This document shows, piece by piece, positions 22,840-30,214 of a DNA stretch of 30,214 nucleotides. A program made the translations under genes and the position numbers. The notes below the pieces were generated by a model that searched no databases, was not told the origin of the DNA, and saw only the letters and a program-made list of their open reading frames with translations. Source of the DNA: Xylographa opegraphella (taxonomy: Eukaryota); the NCBI GenBank assembly GCA_022813865.1, contig JALDZX010000070.1:62001-92214 (forward strand), given 5' to 3'. Within the stretch, counting starts at the first letter, position 1. Each line of letters begins with the position of its first letter.

Positions 22840-23788
22840 TTACAAAATCTTGCAACTCCGCTTCTTGATCTTTTTGCTGCTGCCACCAGAGTTTCGCGAG
22901 ACGTTTTGGTCTCTACTGACTATCTCATGTCCGACGGCTGTGTTGATTGCGAATTCAAAGATTTCCTCGACCCCTTTCATCTCTTTGCTGCTGCATTCCA
23001 TGTATATGGCGTTCATACGCTTGGCGACGGCTTGTCCCTGTTCAGGCGTCACAGGTGTGAGACCTTGTGTTCTTAAGAGATCGATACATGTACGTTTAGT
23101 TCGGAGGTCTGATTTGAGCCCAACAAGGATGATTGGTGTGGTGGGGCAGAAATGAAGGACTTCAGGGTACCACTGTTACGATGGTCAGTATTTGAGGTCT
23201 CGATTGGGTCGTGCTAAATACCTTGTCCATGACGTTTTCCAGCGAATTTGGGCAGTCTATAGCGAAACAGACGAAGAGCAGATCCGTCTCGGGATAGGAG
23301 AGCGGCCGAAGGCGGTCGTACTCTTCCTGACCTGCAGTATCCCACAAGGCCAACTCGACTGTCTTTCCTGATGGTCGATGTGGTTTGTGAGTGATATAGT
23401 TCTCGAATACTGTAGGGACATATTTCTGAGCAAGACATGTTAGATGTCACAAACAATTCGCAGTGACCTTTGTCTGTACCTCTGGGAAATAGCCTTGACT
23501 GTAGCTGATCAACAGGCAGGTCTTGCCACAGCCTCCGTCTCCTACAACTACAAATTTCTTCGAGAAAGAAGGCATTTGTGCGATACTGGAAGCAGCTGTC
23601 GTCTCGGACAAGCGATCCGAGGAAGTTGTCATATATGTGCTCGTTGTGCCATTGCTGGTTCGCACACTTTGTTGACGGAGAGGCTTTCTTTGCGGAGAGA
23701 TCGAAACAGATATTGGAGTCGCTTTCTCGCCCATGACCGATGCATTGCGCCGTAGATCACCATAATTTTCATATACTTGGGTTGACAT
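22840..23788 (-). CDS. RHO4: Rho4 GTPase. Exons 23788-23480, 23425-23222, 23172-22840
   Basis: Motifs: N-terminal extension, [61 protein letters not shown], and a polybasic tail with CAAX CKIL. Confidence 0.93.
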
Positions 23789-24298
23789 CTTGAACGTTTA
23801 TGCTTGTCAGAGAGCAGATACGAAGGCCCTTCGAGGGTAGAAACGCTTCGGAAGCACAGAATGTTGATACCTCTTGGTAAGCAAAACGAAAGAATGAAGT
23901 AAAGCTGCAACCCGGAGCAAATGCCAGCATTAATGGATTTGAAATGAAGAACTGGATCTTGTATGTTCGTACTGTCCTTTCGCTGTTCATAAAAAGAAGA
24001 GTTAGAATACGACGGAGTTGTCACAGCAACCGATCCCACCTCAGCCCTAGCCGTTGAACTCTGTGACAGGGATGAGCCTTGGTGCAACGTCACTGGCGCG
24101 CCTCAGATACGCGTGAGTTTCAACACCAGGTGTTTCTGCTTCCGGACCAGAACAACACCAGCCTCCATTTTCACACGGCATCGTTACTATTGCTACATGC
24201 ATTGATAGCGGGCGGCTTGTTAATTATCCAGCAACAGCGCCGTCATGCAATAAAAGCATTCCATAACATCCGGCTGTGTAAGGGCGTGGTGGGGAATA
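23789..24298. promoter_or_regulatory. Likely shared divergent promoter region of rho4 and nud1
   Basis: There are 510 bp between the head-to-head start codons. This is inferred from geometry only. Confidence 0.45.
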
Positions 24299-27200
24299 AT
24301 GGAGCTGGGATCACCCGAATCGCTGCCCTCCGAGGACTGGATCTCGCAACCCCGCTCTTCTGCTCCAGCATCGGAAAAGAATGATTCTTTTTCAGTCATA
24401 ACACACCCGAGCAATGTGACACAAAGCCGAATACCTCGCCTCAGCAGTCGATCCATATCCAATCCCAGTCTTCCCATAAGTCGCCTGCCGGGATCACCGA
24501 TGTCCCTGCCTGGTCATCGTCGAGGACCTGTTCTTGGCGAGCGCACAGCTTCCGACATAAATATCAGCCAGAGGCAAAGACATGGGCCTGCTACGAAATA
24601 TAACGGACTCCATGAAGGATCGATACGTTCGCCATTGGGACGGCCACAACACTCTGCCAAATCCAACAACTCGGCACCTCTAGGAACGGTGCAGATGAAA
24701 GATAAACCATCGTCAGATTACAGAGAGCTTAAACCACACGCGACACCCGAGTGGAAAAGAAGAGTTCTTGCCGGAGGTGGCACAACTGGTGGACAGCTAG
24801 ACTTATTCAGTCCTATAGGACTAGAATCCGTATTCAGAGCGCCAATCTCAAAACAACGTTCCTCGAAACAACAGCAAAGTTCAAGGGGCGGAGGTTTTGA
24901 GCCTACAGCAACGAGCGACTACCCCTCAAGCCCACCGCCACTTCCTTCAACTATGCCAGCACCAACTACAGGGAAGGAAGCAGGGCGTCAGAAATTTTCA
25001 GGCAACCCACACCCATCAGTTCCAATACCTGCTACTCGGAGTCGTGTCGAAAGTGGAGAAAGCGTGTCTCGTAATGAGGAAATCAGTCTTGTACAGGTTG
25101 CTAATGGACGAATCAATTATACGGCAAGCACTAGAACAGATAGTCGAGAGCTAAACAATAACGTCGGACAGAATCTAGGAAGGGGCCATACCCGAAGGTC
25201 CTCGCATTCGAATCCTAGCAGGCTCGGGCGATCGATGAGCTCTGCTAAGTCCCAATTACGCGAGGATGAACCATGTTTCGATCTGACGTCTCATTCTCTA
25301 CCTGAAGGACTGTCTATCGACACCGAGGCTTTTATATCCAAAGGTGGCTTCGTGAATGTTCTTCGTGGCGGCTGTCCAGTCGACGATTCATTTCAAAGGA
25401 GGCCCCTGAGCCCATCTTCCTTCCAACCTTCCGATATTCTAAGCTCGGTCCCAAATGCCAGATCTCAGGAAATTACTCAACATGGCGCTCCTAGTGATCT
25501 CTCACCACATCGCTCTGGTCTGAGCCCATTGCGAGCTCTGCCTACATCTACCGCCCCCCCGATCACCCCCACCAAAAATCAGTCTTATGATAACGAACCG
25601 CCGAAGTCTTCTGGTAGTCCTCTGAAATTGTTCGACGCATATGACACATACACAAATGACCGTCTCATACGACGAATGAGCCAATTCGCCGAGGGGATCC
25701 CAGATAGCCCTGACAATGATCTGCTTAGGAATGAACAGCACAGCAGTCCATCATCGCATATGTTGCTTCATAGCAAGAAGTCAATTGGGTCAAATGAGGA
25801 GCGAAGAGCGACCAGCTTTGGGTCAGGCGATTTTGATGAATACGATTTTACACATCGTCAACTGGCCGTTCTTGACCTGTCCTCTGATGGCTGTGGGGAT
25901 GTTCAGGAAACATCGCCGACGCTTCCGGATATACAGGGAAGGCCTCTATCGCGGAAGAGGTCTAATCAATTGTCTGTTGTAAGCTCGCAAATACGTCGGG
26001 GGACCTTGACGATACCATATGACCAGAAGCTGAAGCTCCGGGCTGAAATTTCTTTCTCTAAGCAACCACGACTTGTTTCGAATGAAGATGATTTGCACGG
26101 TGCGGAAGCTGTCAAGACCGCATCTCTCGAGCTTGCCCGTGAGTACCATAATACACACAACTTTGAGGGCAAACGTTTTCCATCTTCACCCATTCGTGAT
26201 CCTACCCCTAAGCGCCGGCGTACGATCACCCGCTCATTGCATGAAGCCGAAAACGGTTCAAATTCGATGGTTGGGTTCTCTGCTACAACGTCGATTGTGA
26301 GCCGAAAACGTAAAGACGCACGGTATGACAGTATCAGTCAAGTAGCCGATCCTAAAGTACTAGCTTCGCGTTCTATGTTACGCCCACGAATGTCGTCTTC
26401 GAATCAAATGCAAAACACTTACGGAGAAGCTTCAATTCAGCAACCGAAAGGATTTGCTATTCATGGACAAACTGGCGCCTCATCCACACAGCTAGCAACG
26501 ATGTCACATATACGTTCGACCCTAGACGATGCGCCTATTCAAGCACTTGCTGGAGAGCTGGCTCATTTTGCTTACGATGTAGCCCAGGATATCACAAATG
26601 GAGACCGCAAAACCTCAGTGACAACCGCCGATTTTACCACTGCAGCAAATTTGATTATGCAGAACATTCGTGCTCAAGCTAGGCCGCGAAGTGGCCGCAC
26701 GAGTGGGGAGGAGTCGGAAATGGAACCACTTGCCCTTATAGAAGAATCAGTAAACGAAGGATCCACAATTGAAGAATTCTCGAGACCTCCAAGCAGAGTC
26801 CGTGGAGGTACATTGCGGAGATTAAGAGATACCAAACAGCTGGATCCAAGAGTCATCAGCCATCTTCGAAAGTTCGAAGAACACGATGAGACCGGTATTG
26901 TGCTCTCTTCATCATTACGGTCCTTGAAGCTTGGGCACGAAAATGTATCTATAGACTCTCTTATTGTGGACAGTGACCCTCCGAACATCCGCATCCGTAA
27001 TAGTCTAGATGTCCTTCATGTTGACGATCGAAGGGACGGTATTGACAAAAGTATCAGCGAAGGACCTGCTAAGGGGCGCCAAAGCACTTCGCATCCCTCC
27101 AAGTCTTCCTCTGGGCCGTCAACTACACGGTCTATTCCCACAGGTTCGTCCAGCGGATCTGGTAACAAAGCGATGATAGCCCCCGACAAAGTCTCACATC

Positions 27201-29915
27201 TCATTTCTGACAACATCGGTGGCATGACCTTTGATCGAACAAGACAGGTATGGACCCGCAAAAGGAGTGCCGACAACACGAGCAATGAAGATCTGGATAG
27301 GCATGAGAGTGAGCTCACCGAGGATGATCCCCTGAAAGAAATCCCAGATCTGAGTGTTGATGAGCTTGAAGAGTTGAAACGAATCCAGAACACTACTATG
27401 AGTTTACAACCATCGACAACGCACCTACAAAGTAACGATAGCGCACGAGCTGGTGTGAAATGCCTTCCGCCAGACGGGCTTGAACTTCACCCTCCAGCAC
27501 CATCGCCTGAGTCGAATTCCTCGATACCATCAAAACACCCCGACATAGTATCTAACACATCGAGAATGGAAACTGCAGCGACATCGTTAGAACATCAAAC
27601 ACCAACGAACGGGAACATCTTGCATGAGTCAGATGAAGTCCCGGAAATACCGGAGGAGCGGCGAAGTGCAGATTTTGAAGAGGTTGAACATGAGATCAGT
27701 ATCCTGGAAGGTCGTCGCCCAATCACCCCCAAGCGGCACTATCAAAGACACCGACAGCCGCGCGTAGTCACCGTTGCGTTTTCTTCGCCACTGACTGTCC
27801 CGGTGCCGATGGAGGAAATAGGCGCACATGGGTTTGAGGAGATATGGGAAGATAATAGTGATCTCAATTCTGATTGCTCGCCTGACGTGCAAAGACTCGA
27901 AAAGTATCATACTTATTCGAGGAAAGTATCCATTGGGTACCGATCCCGTGGAAGTTTACGAGCACGACGCAGGGTGTCGGCTTCCAAACGGAACTTTACC
28001 ACACGTCCTGTTTCTCGGATTGATGAAAACGACGAATTGTCTATGGATCAGAACAGTGATCAAATTGGAAAACGGAGCACAGGCGTCATCGTATCCACTC
28101 CTCAACACTTTGGCTACCGTCCAAGCGACATATCAATGCATTCGCTTTCTACAGGCCTTCATTCGAACATAAGTTTTCATTTGAGCCCATTGTCAGACTT
28201 CACAATACATCATGAAGATGTCATTAAGCCACTTGCGCAAGAAAGTCGGATCAGGCGATATTTGTCGTTGCACGAATGTGAAGAAAAGTATTCTCTTGCG
28301 ATCAAGGAACTTGTGGAGAAAATAACTGATGTTGAGCCTTACGAGCCATACTGGGAATGTATACGCAAGCTCAACCTCCAGAGAAAGAGTCTCGCCACTC
28401 TTCATATGCTTGATGATTTTTGTGCTCGTATTGAAGAGCTCGATGTGTCTAACAACAACCTTGGACAATTAGACGGGGCGCCGTGCAGTGTTCGTGCCCT
28501 TCAAGTGCGCCATAATTGCCTCTCAAATCTTACAGCTTGGGGCCATCTTCACAACCTTCAATACCTTGACGTATCTGGGAACCAAATCCAAAGCCTTCGT
28601 GGTTTCAGCAGTCTCGTTCATCTACGTGAACTGACGGCCGATGATAATCAGATAGAATCGCTTGACGGCATTGCCAACCTTAATGGCCTCCTCAAACTGG
28701 GACTTAGAAGGAACGCGCTGAAAAGTCTCGACTTTAGCGGTTATGATCTGTATGTCGCTCTATGGTTTTCTTGCTGTACTGGTACTAATTTTTTCATAGG
28801 CAGCGATTGATCGAGTTAGACGTTCAAGATAACGAAGTTGCCAAGATTAGCGGTTTTCATGAACTGCCAGAGATTTCCCATCTGAACCTTCGTAATCCTC
28901 ACTAGCAATAGCTGAAAGTTGGCACGCTGACTCATCTCTAGGAAATAATAAGCTCACCGATTTTGCTAATGAGATGGCATTCGTGATGTCTACTCTCCGC
29001 TTCCTAGACATCTCTGACAACAATATCACCAACATGAACATAAGCAACTTCCCAAACTTACAAACCTTGTACCTCGACGACAACAATGTGATCCATATCA
29101 CAGGACTGCAATGTTTGGCCAGTATAACCACACTAAGCTGGCGAAATCAGACAATTTTAGGTATGAACGATAATGAATCGATTCAGCTCGAAGGCTGTTA
29201 CGATTTGAGAACATTGCAATTATCGGGAAACAAAATTCAATACTTTGATCCCAAGACAACCTTCCTCAATTTACAGAGACTCGAGCTTTCATCTGCTGGT
29301 CTTGCTTGTCTCTCCAAGGACTTCGGCATCCAAATGCCCAACTTGCGATTCTTGAATCTCAACAACAACGCTGTGAAGGACATTCGGCCTCTCCTGGGAA
29401 TCACAAAACTAAAGGAGCTACATATCGCATGCAATCGGATCTCAAGACTTCGTCGAACTACTGCTGTGCTACGTAAAGTGAGCGGAGCGCTCGAGTCAGT
29501 GGATCTGCGAGGCAATCCACTCACAGCTGGCTTTTATCGAAACTCTTCACTACCTTGCAATACACAGCGACAACTCGTTGTAAAAAATCATCAGGCACTC
29601 GAAAATGTGGAACATAAAAATGCTGAGCAATGTACTGCGGCCACTTACGTTATCCCGCTGGTTGACAGTGTAGCTGATCAGCAACATCGGGAGACTCTCA
29701 ATGAGGACACAGCATTGAGACGACGGGTGTACGAGATGCTTATCCTGGGAGGTTGTCATATGTTAAATCAACTGGACGGGCTTCCTGTTGAGAAGGGCAT
29801 GGTTGGAAGACGGGATGTGATCTGGGAACGATTGCTCGAATTAGGCGTCCTGAAGGAGAAGGATACGAAAGGCAAATCGGATTGGCTCGAAACAGGGACC
29901 TCGGAAAAGCAATGA
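24299..29915 (+). CDS. NUD1: Septation initiation network scaffold Nud1/Cdc11/SepK (LRR protein). Exons 24299-28749, 28800-28891, 28942-29915
   Basis: A long S/P-rich N-terminus carries conserved islands (SEDWISQ, TPEWKRR, DLFSPIGLESVF, SPLKLFDAYDTYTN, GMTFD..W, DVEPYEPYWE). C-terminal LRRs end in DLRGNPLTAGFY...RRRVYE...LDG. Introns 28750-28799 and 28892-28941 restore the frame. Confidence 0.9.
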
Positions 29916-30214
29916 TTCATTGATGGTGTATTGGCGTTGATAGATTGCTGGAGCAGACTATTGCTCGCAATCGGGTTGCATCCGGGATATGCGAGTCTGG
30001 AAGTCGTAAAATAGATAGCCGGGCAGCGAAGAGAGAAGAGATACAGGCACTCTTTGCGTGTCAAGAATACTGGTTCTACAGGTATTCAATATATGAACTG
30101 GTAGCGACTAATCTGCAAGCTGTCGCTTGAGCCAATATACGGGTTCCGTAGGGTCCGTGCACGGCTCGGGGGTATGCACACCCCCCCCCAAATTGATACC
30201 ACTTTTTAGAAATT

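Noticed and set aside
1..30214. tRNA, rRNA or snRNA genes
   Set aside because: The GTTCGA-like hits examined (e.g. ~7425, ~11985 minus, ~15313) lack T-stems. No other RNA signature was recognised by eye. An Infernal or tRNAscan run would be needed to exclude them.

Overview
Eukaryotic DNA from a filamentous ascomycete (Pezizomycotina-type GT-AG introns with CTRAC/CTAAT branch sites). The left arm holds the 3' end of cytoplasmic dynein heavy chain, a GNAT-like membrane gene and an alpha/beta hydrolase. It also holds a divergent histone H4 variant split into 9 exons (3188-4264, minus strand), of which the ORF track shows only the first exon. The middle (~6.4-21.5 kb) looks accessory. It carries a PI-PLC X-domain phosphodiesterase, a hotdog thioesterase, a stop-interrupted Cys-motif orphan, a Pol-beta/AbiEii-like nucleotidyltransferase next to a metallophosphoesterase, and a nitroalkane oxidase pseudogene with three lesions. 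The right arm is a cell-division block: dad1 (3 exons, absent from the ORF track), rho4 and nud1/cdc11/sepK. All exon structures were built by hand from splice signals and frame continuity. Family assignments come from recognised motifs, not database searches.
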